Notes under the pieces: model-generated
What the model was told of the DNA's origin: nothing
The model's input: only the letters and a program-made list of their open reading frames with translations
Databases searched by the model: none
From: Abditibacteriaceae bacterium
GTDB taxonomy: Bacteria > Armatimonadota > Abditibacteriia > Abditibacteriales > Abditibacteriaceae
Reading direction: 5' to 3'
Length of the DNA stretch: 33,680 nt
Assembly: GCA_031425655.1 (NCBI GenBank)
Contig: JANPJS010000280.1
Location: forward strand, 1-33,680
Part shown: positions 8,991 to 18,303 of the stretch, in pieces
Layout of the letters: every line of letters starts with the position of its first letter
Numbering within the stretch: the first letter of the stretch is position 1
Translations under genes and position numbers: made by a program

Positions 8991-10154
8991 TTAGACGATG
9001 GCTTGTTCGGTTTCTTTGTCGAAGACGTGCGCGGCATCGGCATCCAAAACTACGTCTAACGAGTCGCCTTCTTTAGCCTTCGAGTCGGCGTCCACGTCGG
9101 CAAGGAGCGTGTGCTGCCCGGCGGTGAGATAGATGATCGAATTAGCGCCCATCGGCTCGACTACGTCCACTTTCATGCGCGTCTGGTTGGTGGTATCGGT
9201 GAGTTTGGTCAGCGACTTGTCGTGGATGTCTTCAGGACGCAGGCCCAAAATCACGGTTTTGCCGATGTAATCTTGCAGCGAACGCGCTTTGCTTTCGGGC
9301 AGATGCACTTGAAACGCGCCCGTATCCACAACCGGCGTGCCGCCGTTCTGGGAAACCGTCGCTTCGATGAAGTTCATCGAAGGCGTGCCCAAAAAGCCCG
9401 CCACGAACATATTCACCGGGTTGTGATACAGCTTCAGCGGCGTGTCGCATTGTTGAAGCAGGCCGTCTTTCATGACGACGATGCGCTGGCCCATCGTCAT
9501 CGCTTCCACTTGGTCGTGCGTAACGTAAATCGTGGTGACACCTAAGCGGCGGTGCAATTTAATCAGTTCGGCGCGCGTTTGCACGCGCAGTTTGGCGTCG
9601 AGGTTGGAGAGCGGCTCGTCCATCAAAAACACTTCGGGATGGCGCACAATGGCGCGGCCCAAAGCCACGCGCTGGCGCTGTCCACCCGAAAGCGCTTTGG
9701 GCTTGCGGTCGAGCAAGTGTTTAATATCGAGCAGATCGGCGGTTTCCTGAATATTGCGGTCAATATCGGCTTTGATTTTCTTGGCTTCGGCGCCGTGCGA
9801 CATTTGCCAAATCATTCCCGGCAACTGGCGCAATCGCAAGCCGAACGCCATGTTGTCGTAAACGCTCATGTGCGGATACAGCGCGTAATTCTGGAACACC
9901 ATTGCGATGTTGCGGTCGCGCGGCGGCACGTCGTTGACAAGGCGGTCGCCGATGCGAATTTCGCCGCTGCTGGATTCTTCCAAACCTGCTACCATGCGCA
10001 TCGTGGTGCTTTTGCCGCAGCCGGACGGGCCGACTAAAACGAGAAACTCGCCGTCTTCGATGGTCAGGTTCAGATTATCAACGGCGCGCACTTCTTTCTT
10101 CGATTGTGCGTCAGTAAAAACTTTCGTCAGATTGCGTAATTCAACGCGCGCCAT
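8991..10154 (-). CDS. Sugar ABC transporter ATP-binding protein (MsmK/UgpC family)
   Basis: Walker A GPSGCGKS, LSGGQRQR, DEPLSNLD, YVTHDQ, C-terminal TOBE-like region. Confidence 0.95.
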   Translation of the reverse strand: MARVELRNLTKVFTDAQSKKEVRAVDNLNLTIEDGEFLVLVGPSGCGKSTTMRMVAGLEESSSGEIRIGDRLVNDVPPRDRNIAMVFQNYALYPHMSVYDNMAFGLRLRQLPGMIWQMSHGAEAKKIKADIDRNIQETADLLDIKHLLDRKPKALSGGQRQRVALGRAIVRHPEVFLMDEPLSNLDAKLRVQTRAELIKLHRRLGVTTIYVTHDQVEAMTMGQRIVVMKDGLLQQCDTPLKLYHNPVNMFVAGFLGTPSMNFIEATVSQNGGTPVVDTGAFQVHLPESKARSLQDYIGKTVILGLRPEDIHDKSLTKLTDTTNQTRMKVDVVEPMGANSIIYLTAGQHTLLADVDADSKAKEGDSLDVVLDADAAHVFDKETEQAIV

Positions 10155-10389
10155 AGCGCCTCCATGCGGTTTTAAATGTTGTGGGATTGAGACAATCTTA
10201 GGCGCCCAATGTGCCTTATGTCAAGCAGGATGCAATGGCGAATCTTCATATCTCAAAGGCCACCGCCCCGGTATTGCCAAGCTGCTGCGTTGCTTCTATG
10301 ATTTATCCCACCACCCGCCGTTTTAATTTTTCGCGTCGCCTCTCACAGATGGCGGCATGTCGTTATTTTATTTCACGGAGGATACGGAG

Positions 10390-11238
10390 ATGCAACACAA
10401 ACAGATGGGGGTTCTCGCACGCGGCGCGTTCTGCATCGCGGCGGCAGGAGCAGTGGCGGTAGGCGGCGCGGCGGCTCTGAGCGGCTGTAGCGGCGGCGGG
10501 AACGGTTTTTCGACGGTGCGCGCTACCGTCGTCTCCGGCAGTGGCGACATCGCGCCGCTGGTGGCGCAGTTTCAAGCCTTGCTCGGCGCGCTCAACGCGC
10601 CGGGAACGCCCGGACAGGCAGCCGGACGGCGCGAAATCAACTGGGACGGCGTGCCGGATGCGCGCTCGAACAACGACACTTTCCCCGGCAACTTTTTCAA
10701 TCCTCCGGCGGGAGCCGGCTTCGGCAGTTCGCGCGGTTTGCTTCTCAGCACGCCCGGAACTGGATTGCGCGTTAGCGGATTGAATGGGCCGCCGTCAGCA
10801 GCCACCCTCTTCGGCGACGTGAACGCAACCTATCCCGCTCAATTCAACTTTTTTACTCCGGTAAAAACCTTCGCTGCGACCGGCAACAACCGTGTGGTCG
10901 TGACCTTTGAAGTCGCCACCCAAAGCGGTGTCGCGGCCAGCACCAAAGGCTTCGGTGTAGTTTTCTCCGACGTGGATAACGACGAATCTACCTTCATTGA
11001 TCTTTTCAACGGCAGCGTTCATCTGGGGCGTTATTTGGCGCCCAAACGCTCCGCAGCGAGTAGCCTGTCGTTCTTAGGCGTCTTTTTGCCTGATGATCGC
11101 GCCACTCGCGCCGAGATTACGTCCGGCGACGGCGCGCTTGGGGCCGGAACTAACGATGTCAGCGCCGGCGGCTCGCGCGATCTCGTTGTCATGGACGACT
11201 TTATCTATGCCGAACCGCAGCCGCAGCCGGTGCCGTAA
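10390..11238 (+). CDS. Putative lipoprotein, uncharacterised (GRREINWDGVP motif)
   Basis: SD GGAGGA at 10377-10382; lipobox LSGC; intact ORF. Confidence 0.75.
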   Translation: MQHKQMGVLARGAFCIAAAGAVAVGGAAALSGCSGGGNGFSTVRATVVSGSGDIAPLVAQFQALLGALNAPGTPGQAAGRREINWDGVPDARSNNDTFPGNFFNPPAGAGFGSSRGLLLSTPGTGLRVSGLNGPPSAATLFGDVNATYPAQFNFFTPVKTFAATGNNRVVVTFEVATQSGVAASTKGFGVVFSDVDNDESTFIDLFNGSVHLGRYLAPKRSAASSLSFLGVFLPDDRATRAEITSGDGALGAGTNDVSAGGSRDLVVMDDFIYAEPQPQPVP

Positions 11239-11242
11239 CAAC

Positions 11243-11281
11243 AGTGAGAAGCGAGTCTCGTTTTGAGACTCGCTTCTCACT
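11243..11281. terminator. Hairpin between convergent genes (probable bidirectional terminator)
   Basis: AGTGAGAAGCGAGTCTC / GAGACTCGCTTCTCACT, perfect 17 bp; includes the stop codon of the PP2C gene. Confidence 0.7.
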
Positions 11282-12500
11282 TCTCAATTTCTATTGTGGC
11301 TTCCATGCCGACCAGGCACACATCGTCGTCGAAAACGTGGCCGGATGCGAACTCTTGCACTTCAGCCAAAACTTCGTCGAATATCTGCGTCATCGGCTGC
11401 TTCGAGCGGCGCAAAAGCGCTTGACGCAAACGCTCTTCTCCAAATTCTTCCTGTTCGTCCTGCACCTCGAAAAGCCCGTCGGTGAAAATCGCCACGAAGT
11501 CGCCGCTCTCGAAAGCGCAGCTACACGTCGGATATTCAAATTCTTCGCAAACGCCAAGCGCCGGGCCGCAATCGCAGTCGTTCGCCGACAATTCCTCGAT
11601 AGTGCTCGCGTTGCGCTTCACCAAAAAGGGCCGGGGATGTCCGGCGTTGGCAAAAGACATCTCGCGCGATTCGATGTCGGCGACCACGAAAAACGCCGAC
11701 GCAAAAAGCGGCGCTTTGGCGCGACTCAGCACGGCCATCAAGCTGATGTTTAATTGCGTGAGAAATTCGCCGGGCGTGGCCGCGACGTGTGACAATTCTT
11801 CGACCAAGCCACGCAAAATCGCCGTAACAAGGGCCGAACGAATGCCGTGTCCCATCACGTCGCACACGATCAGGCCAACTTGTGTCGGCGAAATCGGCAC
11901 AATGTCGGCGAAATCGCCGCCCAATGTCGAAGTTGGAAAACAGCGGCAGTCGAAGCGCAAACTTTGCTGTTCGAGCACGCCGCGACTGGGAAAGGTGGAA
12001 AAACGCGGCGGAAAAAACGCCTGCTGAATTTCGCGCGCGAGGTTCAAATCGGCTTCGAGCGCCTCGTTTTTGCGGCGCAGTTCGTCCTGACGAAACTTGG
12101 CTTCATCCTGCGCCGCTTTCATTTTCAAGAGCGAGGCCAGGCGCACGCGCAGTTCCATGCGGTCAATCGGCTTGGTCACGAAGTCGTTGGCGCCGGCTTC
12201 GACGGCTTGCAGGCGGTCGGCCTTGCTGCTGAGCGCCGTCGCCATGACAATCGGCAACTGCGACAGCGTTTCATGCACGCGAATGTGCCGCGCCACCTCG
12301 AAACCGTTCATCACCGGCATCATTACGTCCAATAAAACCAAGTCAATGCTCTCGTCCAACTTTTCCAGAGCGACTTTGCCGTTTTCCGCCGTCACGGTTT
12401 CGTAACCGAAGGATTCCAGCAGACCTTCGAGCAATTCACAGTTGACTTCTTCATCGTCCACGACCAAAATGCGCGGCACACGCGGCGCGTCTTGCAGCAT
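11277..12500 (-). CDS. Response regulator with PP2C/SpoIIE (RsbU-like) phosphatase domain
   Basis: REC (ILVVDD, DVMMP, KP); PP2C motifs GGDF, DVMGHG, AGHPRP, FTDGLFE, DDVCL; TGATG overlap with the upstream gene. Confidence 0.92.
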   Translation of the reverse strand: MLQDAPRVPRILVVDDEEVNCELLEGLLESFGYETVTAENGKVALEKLDESIDLVLLDVMMPVMNGFEVARHIRVHETLSQLPIVMATALSSKADRLQAVEAGANDFVTKPIDRMELRVRLASLLKMKAAQDEAKFRQDELRRKNEALEADLNLAREIQQAFFPPRFSTFPSRGVLEQQSLRFDCRCFPTSTLGGDFADIVPISPTQVGLIVCDVMGHGIRSALVTAILRGLVEELSHVAATPGEFLTQLNISLMAVLSRAKAPLFASAFFVVADIESREMSFANAGHPRPFLVKRNASTIEELSANDCDCGPALGVCEEFEYPTCSCAFESGDFVAIFTDGLFEVQDEQEEFGEERLRQALLRRSKQPMTQIFDEVLAEVQEFASGHVFDDDVCLVGMEATIEIEK

Positions 12501-12880
12501 CACGAGGCATCACCCGCTTCCAAAAAAGCATGAATATGACCGGCAAATCTGCGCGTATCGAATGGCTTAGCGATGTATCCGACCGCGCCGGCGGCGTGAG
12601 CGCGCTCTTCGTCGCCCTTCATGGCGTTGGCGGTTAAAACCACGATGGGAATTTGCGTCGTCGCTGCTTCAGAGCGCAGCAGGCGCGTGGCGGTCAGGCC
12701 GTCCATGCCGGGCAGACTTAAATCCATCAAAATCAAATCCGGCATTTCGGCGCGCGCTAAAGCCATGCCGTCTTCGGCGCTGGCCGCTTGCAGCACGCCA
12801 AAACCGGCGACTTCCAATAAATCGGTGGCCAGTTCCATATTCACCGGATTGTCCTCGATGACTAATATCTTTTGAGACAT
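12500..12880 (-). CDS. Single-domain response regulator (CheY/DivK-like)
   Basis: MSQKILVIEDN, PDLILMDLSLPGMDG, TANAMKGD, YIAKP. Confidence 0.92.
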   Translation of the reverse strand: MSQKILVIEDNPVNMELATDLLEVAGFGVLQAASAEDGMALARAEMPDLILMDLSLPGMDGLTATRLLRSEAATTQIPIVVLTANAMKGDEERAHAAGAVGYIAKPFDTRRFAGHIHAFLEAGDAS

Positions 12881-12884
12881 AATT

Positions 12885-15233
12885 TCAGGGAGCCAGAGGT
12901 TTAATCGCCTGTTCGAGCGCCAAAAGCAGCTCGTCCTTGCCCGATTTGGGCACAATACTGCGAATATCGCTGTTCAAGCGCGCCAAATCTTCGTTGGTGA
13001 TGTCTTTGGCAGTGTAAATGACAATCGGCACGGCGTGCGCCGGAGGCTGCTCGCGCAAACGGCGCACTACGTCGAAACCCGTTACTTCGGGCATCATTAA
13101 ATCAAGAATCACCGCATCCGGCAGTTTCTCATAAATCATCGCCAAGCCCTGATTTCCGCCGTCGGCCAGCAAAACTGCGTAGCCTTGCGCGATTAACACG
13201 TCGCGCAGCATTTCGCGCACAGTTGCTTCGTCGTCCACCACTAAAACCGTCGCCGGACGCTCAGTTTGGGCACGTCCCGCCACGGCTCGCGCAATCGCAT
13301 CGCGCAGGCGCTCTTTTTCCACCGGCTTCACCAAAAAATCAACCGCGCCCAGACTGGCGCCGAGTTGACGATCTTCGGTCATAGAGACAATCACGACCGG
13401 AATCGAGGCTTCTTCAGGGCTGGATTTGAGTTCGGCTAAGACGGCCCAGCCGTCTTTGACCGGCAGCATGATGTCGAGTGTAATCGCCGCCGGCTTCAAA
13501 TCGTGCGCCATTTGCAGCGCGTGTTCGCCGTCAACCGCGTGCGCGACGGCGTAGCCGGCTTCGCTGAGATAATGCCCGATGATTTCGGCGGCAGCGGCGT
13601 TGTCCTCGACGATCAGCACTAAAGGCGCCGAGCCGCCCGTTCCGGCGGACGTTGAAAACACGTCGGGTTCGCCATCCTGCGATTGATTGAACGATTGGCT
13701 GAGCGGCAACTCGAACAAAAAGGCGCTGCCCTGCCCTTCGATGCCCGCGCTTTCGATCCAGATGCGCCCGCCGTGCATTTCGATGAGGCGCCGCGTCAAC
13801 GCCAAACCCAACCCTGTGCCCTGCTGACGCCGCGCGTAAGACGAATCCACTTGCTCGAATTCGCCGAAAACGCGCGCCTGATCTTCGGGCTTGATGCCAA
13901 TGCCGTTGTCTATCACGGCCACGCGCAAAGTGCGATGATTGATGACCTGCGCCATCAGTTGCACCTGCCCGCCGTCGGGCGTGAATTTAATGGCGTTGGA
14001 AAGCAAATTATAAAGAATTTGCTTGAATTTCGGCGCGTCGGCTTCCAGCGCAGCCAGTTCCGGCACTTCGACTTCAATATTCACGCTTTTTTTGCCGGCC
14101 AGCGTGCGCACAATGTTCAGCACGTCATGGATGACCAGCGAAGGGCGAAAAATTTCAAAATCCAGCTTCATTTTGCCGGCTTCGATTTTCGCGAGATCGA
14201 GAATGTCGTTGATCAATTGCAGCAAATGGCGTCCGCTGCCCAAAATATTGATAACGTAGCGCTGCTGACGCGGATTAAGTTCGCCGAAAGTCTGGTCTTC
14301 GAGGATTTCCGAAAAGCCGATGATGGCATTGAGCGGCGTGCGTAGCTCGTGGCTCATGTTCGCCAAGAACTCGCTTTTGGCGACGTTGGCGGCTTCGGCG
14401 GCGTCTTTGGCCTGCTGCAATTCGGCTTCGCTTTCCTTGCGCCGCGTGATGTCGCGCGCGGCGGCCAAAATGACGCCGTGTTCCAAATCGGCAGCCGCAG
14501 TCCACAGCAGCCAGCGATACGAGCCGTCTTTGCAGCGATAGCGGTTTTCAAAGGAAATCGTCACGCCGCCCTCGGCCAGTTTTGCGGATTCGGCTATGGT
14601 AGCATCGCGGTCGTCGGGATGCACGAATTCGACAAAAGGCCGCGTCGTCAGCTCGTCCTGCGTGTAACCGAGAATCTTTTCCCATGCCGGATTCACGCGT
14701 AGGAAGGTGCCGTTCAAATCGGCGATGCACAGCATATCGAGCGACAGCGTGAAGAAGATGTCGCGTTCTTCCTGCGTGCGGCGATGCTCGGCGATTTCGC
14801 TTTCCAACTGGGCGCAGGAGATGGCAAATTGATGCGATTTCGTAGCAAGATCGACGGTGCGCGCTTCGACTTTGAGTTCCAGATCACCGCGCGCTTCGGC
14901 CAAATTCGCAGTCATGCTGTTAAAGGATTGCGCCAGCACGCTCAATTCATCGCCCGATGACGGCACAGGGGCGCGGCGCGAAAGGTCGCCGGCGCTAATC
15001 GCGGCTGCAACTTCCGTCAGTTCGCGCAAAGGCCGCGTTACCGCCTCCGCCACCTTCCACGCCACGATGCCGGCCACGCCCGCCGTCATCAGGAAAATCA
15101 GCAGCAACAAATCGCGCAACTGCTCTAACGGCAGGCTGCTTTGAACCGAACCATAAGTGAGCAGTCCGGCCAGCGCCAAAGGCAACAGCGCCAGACACAG
15201 CAAAGCCAAAGTGAGTTTGCGCTTGATCGTCAT
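12885..15233 (-). CDS. Hybrid sensor histidine kinase (2TM-HAMP-PAS-HisKA-HATPase-REC-REC)
   Basis: [36 protein letters not shown]; two receiver domains. Confidence 0.93.
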   Translation of the reverse strand: MTIKRKLTLALLCLALLPLALAGLLTYGSVQSSLPLEQLRDLLLLIFLMTAGVAGIVAWKVAEAVTRPLRELTEVAAAISAGDLSRRAPVPSSGDELSVLAQSFNSMTANLAEARGDLELKVEARTVDLATKSHQFAISCAQLESEIAEHRRTQEERDIFFTLSLDMLCIADLNGTFLRVNPAWEKILGYTQDELTTRPFVEFVHPDDRDATIAESAKLAEGGVTISFENRYRCKDGSYRWLLWTAAADLEHGVILAAARDITRRKESEAELQQAKDAAEAANVAKSEFLANMSHELRTPLNAIIGFSEILEDQTFGELNPRQQRYVINILGSGRHLLQLINDILDLAKIEAGKMKLDFEIFRPSLVIHDVLNIVRTLAGKKSVNIEVEVPELAALEADAPKFKQILYNLLSNAIKFTPDGGQVQLMAQVINHRTLRVAVIDNGIGIKPEDQARVFGEFEQVDSSYARRQQGTGLGLALTRRLIEMHGGRIWIESAGIEGQGSAFLFELPLSQSFNQSQDGEPDVFSTSAGTGGSAPLVLIVEDNAAAAEIIGHYLSEAGYAVAHAVDGEHALQMAHDLKPAAITLDIMLPVKDGWAVLAELKSSPEEASIPVVIVSMTEDRQLGASLGAVDFLVKPVEKERLRDAIARAVAGRAQTERPATVLVVDDEATVREMLRDVLIAQGYAVLLADGGNQGLAMIYEKLPDAVILDLMMPEVTGFDVVRRLREQPPAHAVPIVIYTAKDITNEDLARLNSDIRSIVPKSGKDELLLALEQAIKPLAP

Positions 15234-15301
15234 AGCTCTTTCTTCAGGCGCCGCAAAGCAGGCTCCTTCGCCGCCTTACGCTTTTCCTTATTATGCGCCA
15301 T
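15230..15301 (-). CDS. Putative 23-aa basic leader peptide coupled to the kinase
   Basis: GGAGAA before ATG 15301; [23 protein letters not shown]; stop overlaps the kinase start (ATGA). Confidence 0.45.
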   Translation of the reverse strand: MAHNKEKRKAAKEPALRRLKKEL

Positions 15302-15504
15302 TTCTCCGCGCGGCTTTCTTGACGCACTTCTAAATTTAGCATTTATTTTCTTCTTATCGAAGAAATTATTTTGAGAGCGTGCAAATTTTTCAAGACGCCG
15401 ATTCATGGCAATTCCTTGTGAAATTTCGCACAAAGGCGGGCCGAATTGGAAAAATTGAGAGCATTTAGGGAGCGGTTGTGACACTTGGGAGGCACGGAAT
15501 CGGG

Positions 15505-15533
15505 TTGACGCAAGAGAGTTCAATAGGTAGAAT
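15505..15533 (+). promoter_or_regulatory. Sigma70-type promoter of the atp operon
   Basis: TTGACG-N17-TAGAAT ending 27 nt before ATG 15561. Confidence 0.75.
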
Positions 15534-15560
15534 CGGAGTGACCCGAAAGCCAGCAACCTT

Positions 15561-16064
15561 ATGAAGAACGGCCCGCCGGAACGCTTGAATTGGGCGCAAT
15601 CGCGCTTGATTCGCATCACGCAGGGCGGGCCGAAAGGCGCGCAGGCCTCGATCATCGGATTCGTCTTAGTCGGCCCGATCATCGGCGGTTTTTTAATCGG
15701 CAATTGGCTGGACGGACGGATGCAAACGCAGTTTTGGACGCCGCTTTTAGGCCTTTTAGGCGTTTTCAGCGGCTTCCGCGAGATGTTCGTAACGCTCAAG
15801 CGATTGCAGCCCAAACCGGGCGAAAAGAGCTTGCCACCGGGCCGAAGTGAGCCGTTGAGCCGCAATGAATCTGCACAACAGCAGTTGCCGCGCGGCGCAA
15901 CGACAGTGGACGATTCCGTTGAAGAAACACCGCGCCAACGCTTGTTCAGCGTGCCGCCTCCGCCGTTTATGGAGCAATCGGGACACGAAAACCAAGTGCA
16001 ACCGACGAGTGAAGAAGTGCGTAACCGCTTATTAGGCAACGATGAGGACGAAGCAAAATCGTGA
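15561..16064 (+). CDS. atpZ: AtpZ/AtpI (ATP synthase gene 1) family protein with a long polar C-tail
   Basis: Two-TM pattern IIGGFLIGNWLD...LLGVFSGFRE; first gene of the atp operon. Confidence 0.75.
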   Translation: MKNGPPERLNWAQSRLIRITQGGPKGAQASIIGFVLVGPIIGGFLIGNWLDGRMQTQFWTPLLGLLGVFSGFREMFVTLKRLQPKPGEKSLPPGRSEPLSRNESAQQQLPRGATTVDDSVEETPRQRLFSVPPPPFMEQSGHENQVQPTSEEVRNRLLGNDEDEAKS

Positions 16065-16618
16065 TGCGTAAAGTTTCAGTGCCCGCGCCGCCGCAAGCCT
16101 CATTTGAACCCAAGCGGGCGGCACAGAAAACCGTTGCGGCTGAAGCTGTGGCGTCCCGCAGAACCGCACCGCTGGACGCCGCTTTTTTGCAGCGCGTTTA
16201 TCGCTTCGTTCCACGCTTCGGCGTTGTGCTGACGCTGAGCATTGCTGTCATCGCTCGAAACGCTGCATTGCCGTTATCATTAGCCGCCGGAATTTTGACC
16301 GGGCTTTTGCTTTTGAAAACGCAGGAAATGTTCGTGCGCCGTGTGCTGCGTCCTAAAAGCGCGGGTGGCCCGGATAAAATGTCGGCCCTGGTGATTGTGC
16401 CCGGCAAATATGCGATTGTCATCGCCACGCTGTGGTTGATGCGGCGCACCGATTTGCTGCATTATGCAGGATTTGCCGCAGGCTGCACCGTCACGCAGTT
16501 GATTGTGCTTTCAATGGCGTGGGAGCGTTTGCGAGCGAACGCCGCCGGTGGCCGCAAGCGTTCGTTGAGTGAAATTTACGTTCAGCCGCACAAAATTAAA
16601 AAATCGTCTCATGCTTAA
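16061..16618 (+). CDS. atpI: ATP synthase protein I-like 4-TM protein
   Basis: Four hydrophobic segments, GKY motif, position before atpB. Confidence 0.65.
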   Translation: MMRKVSVPAPPQASFEPKRAAQKTVAAEAVASRRTAPLDAAFLQRVYRFVPRFGVVLTLSIAVIARNAALPLSLAAGILTGLLLLKTQEMFVRRVLRPKSAGGPDKMSALVIVPGKYAIVIATLWLMRRTDLLHYAGFAAGCTVTQLIVLSMAWERLRANAAGGRKRSLSEIYVQPHKIKKSSHA

Positions 16619-17756
16619 AACGCTTTTTCGACCATTTTTCATTCTCTTTATCACCGCTTTGCTGTGCGCCGCGCCGCGTCCGGCAGGTGCTCAGGGCGAT
16701 GCTCACGGCACACCCGGTGAAGCCGCGCACGGTGAAACAACGAGCGCCGCTGCGCCTCACGGCACCGCCGGTGGACATGGCGCAGCGAGTGGCGAAGGCG
16801 GACATGGCGGCGGACATAAAGCTTCCAATTCACCGTTTGATCCGCATCAGGGCACATGGGTCAACCCGATTGCGCGCGGCGTTTTAGGTTTGGAAAAGCC
16901 GGTTGTCACCTCGCACGACGGCGAACCGCATAACTCCGGTTCATTGGAAAGCCTGCGCTACGACTTTCTGTTTTTGGCGCTCTTTATCATGGCTTTATTG
17001 GCCGTTATCGGCACTGTAGCGGGCAAAAAAATGAAGCTGCGTCCTGATGGCAAGCCGAATTCGCTTGTCAACTCGGTCGAGGCCGCTGCCGAAGGCTATT
17101 ACAACTACCTTGTCGGCATCATGGGCCGCGATTTGGCCACCAAATACACGCCTTTAGTTGCCACTTTCTTCTTCACGATTCTGTTTTTAAACTACGCCGG
17201 TTTGTTTCCCGGTTTGATGTCGCCGACCGCGAACCCGAACATTCCGATTGGCCTTGCAATTGTGGCCTTTTTTGCCACACACATCATCGCCATCAAGGAA
17301 GCGGGAGTCAAAAGCTGGCTCATGCACTTTGTCGGCGAACCGCTCTGGCTGGTGCCGCTTAATCTGCCGTTGCACCTTATCGGAGAGATCATCAAGCCGC
17401 TCAGTCTTGCGATTCGCTTGCTGGGCAACGTGTTCGGCGAAGAGATGGTCGTCTTGAAGTTGGCCGGATTGGGCATCGGGCTTCTCGCAGCGACTAATTT
17501 GCCCTTCGGCATTCCGTTTCAACTGCTGATGATGATGTTGGGCGTGATGTTCGGCGCGTTGCAGGCTTTGGTTTTCTCGACGCTGCTGGCCATCTACATT
17601 TCGATTCTCAGCACGCATCACGATGACCACGACGAGCATAACGCGCACGGGCACGTTGAACACGTCCGGCTGCATGGACACGACACGGTTGTGGCGCATC
17701 CGAGCGAAATGACCGTTGCGATGGTGGCCAAGCCGAGCGAGGCGACGGTCGCATAA
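16611..17756 (+). CDS. atpB: F0F1 ATP synthase subunit a with His-rich N- and C-terminal extensions
   Basis: SPTAN, KPLSLAIRLLGN (essential Arg), LQALVFSTL. Confidence 0.93.
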   Translation: MLKTLFRPFFILFITALLCAAPRPAGAQGDAHGTPGEAAHGETTSAAAPHGTAGGHGAASGEGGHGGGHKASNSPFDPHQGTWVNPIARGVLGLEKPVVTSHDGEPHNSGSLESLRYDFLFLALFIMALLAVIGTVAGKKMKLRPDGKPNSLVNSVEAAAEGYYNYLVGIMGRDLATKYTPLVATFFFTILFLNYAGLFPGLMSPTANPNIPIGLAIVAFFATHIIAIKEAGVKSWLMHFVGEPLWLVPLNLPLHLIGEIIKPLSLAIRLLGNVFGEEMVVLKLAGLGIGLLAATNLPFGIPFQLLMMMLGVMFGALQALVFSTLLAIYISILSTHHDDHDEHNAHGHVEHVRLHGHDTVVAHPSEMTVAMVAKPSEATVA

Positions 17757-17898
17757 ATTGACGATTTACGATTGTCGGTTGACGATTCAGGCGCAAGGAA
17801 TCGTCAATCAACAATCGTAAATCAAAAGAGCTTATTTCTTGGCGATGAGATGGAGTTTGGCGAAGCAATCGTCAATCGAAAATCGTAAATCGTCAATT
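17756..17898. repeat. Inverted heptamer array (TTGACGA)n ... (TCGTCAA)n with two right arms
   Basis: Left arm 17756-17787 is complementary to 17867-17898 (2 mismatches) and to 17799-17823. Confidence 0.9.
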
Positions 17899-17940
17899 TC
17901 ATACAACATTCCGGCTGCGGGCCGGGAAAGGAGAAAGGCA

Positions 17941-18216
17941 ATGTTTTATTGGGGAATGTTAGCATTAGCAACGGGTTTGGGTTTGCCGATTGCCGTTATT
18001 GGCGCCGGTTTGGGTCAAGGCCGCGCAATTGGCGCCGCTCTGGAAGGAATGGCGCGTCAACCGGAAGCCAGCGGAACCATCCAAACCGCGATGATTATCG
18101 GCTTGGCGATTATCGAATCGCTCGTCATTTATGCCCTGGTCATGTTTTTCATGCTTCAGGGCAAGCTGCCGGGCATCGAGCAAGTCACCACGTTGATTCA
18201 AGCCGGCGCGAAATAA
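17941..18216 (+). CDS. atpE: ATP synthase subunit c
   Basis: GAGLGQG, ARQPEA, IIESLVIY; SD-like GAAAGG upstream. Confidence 0.95.
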   Translation: MFYWGMLALATGLGLPIAVIGAGLGQGRAIGAALEGMARQPEASGTIQTAMIIGLAIIESLVIYALVMFFMLQGKLPGIEQVTTLIQAGAK

Positions 18217-18231
18217 TCGCCGCAAATCAGA

Positions 18232-18269
18232 GTTATCTCAGCCCCGGCGCGAGTCGGGGCTGAGATAAC
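18232..18269. repeat. GC-rich hairpin after atpE (REP-like or mRNA stabiliser)
   Basis: GTTATCTCAGCCCCG / CGGGGCTGAGATAAC, perfect 15 bp, no U-tail. Confidence 0.75.
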
Positions 18270-18303
18270 AAATGACAAAAAGTCAGTCAGTAAACGAGAA
18301 ATC

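Noticed and set aside
17839..17940. N-terminal extensions of AtpE, the binding protein (8910-8954), the permeases and MreB in the ORF track
   Set aside because: They are translations of intergenic repeats; better starts exist at 17941, 8909, 7417, 6366 and 26377.
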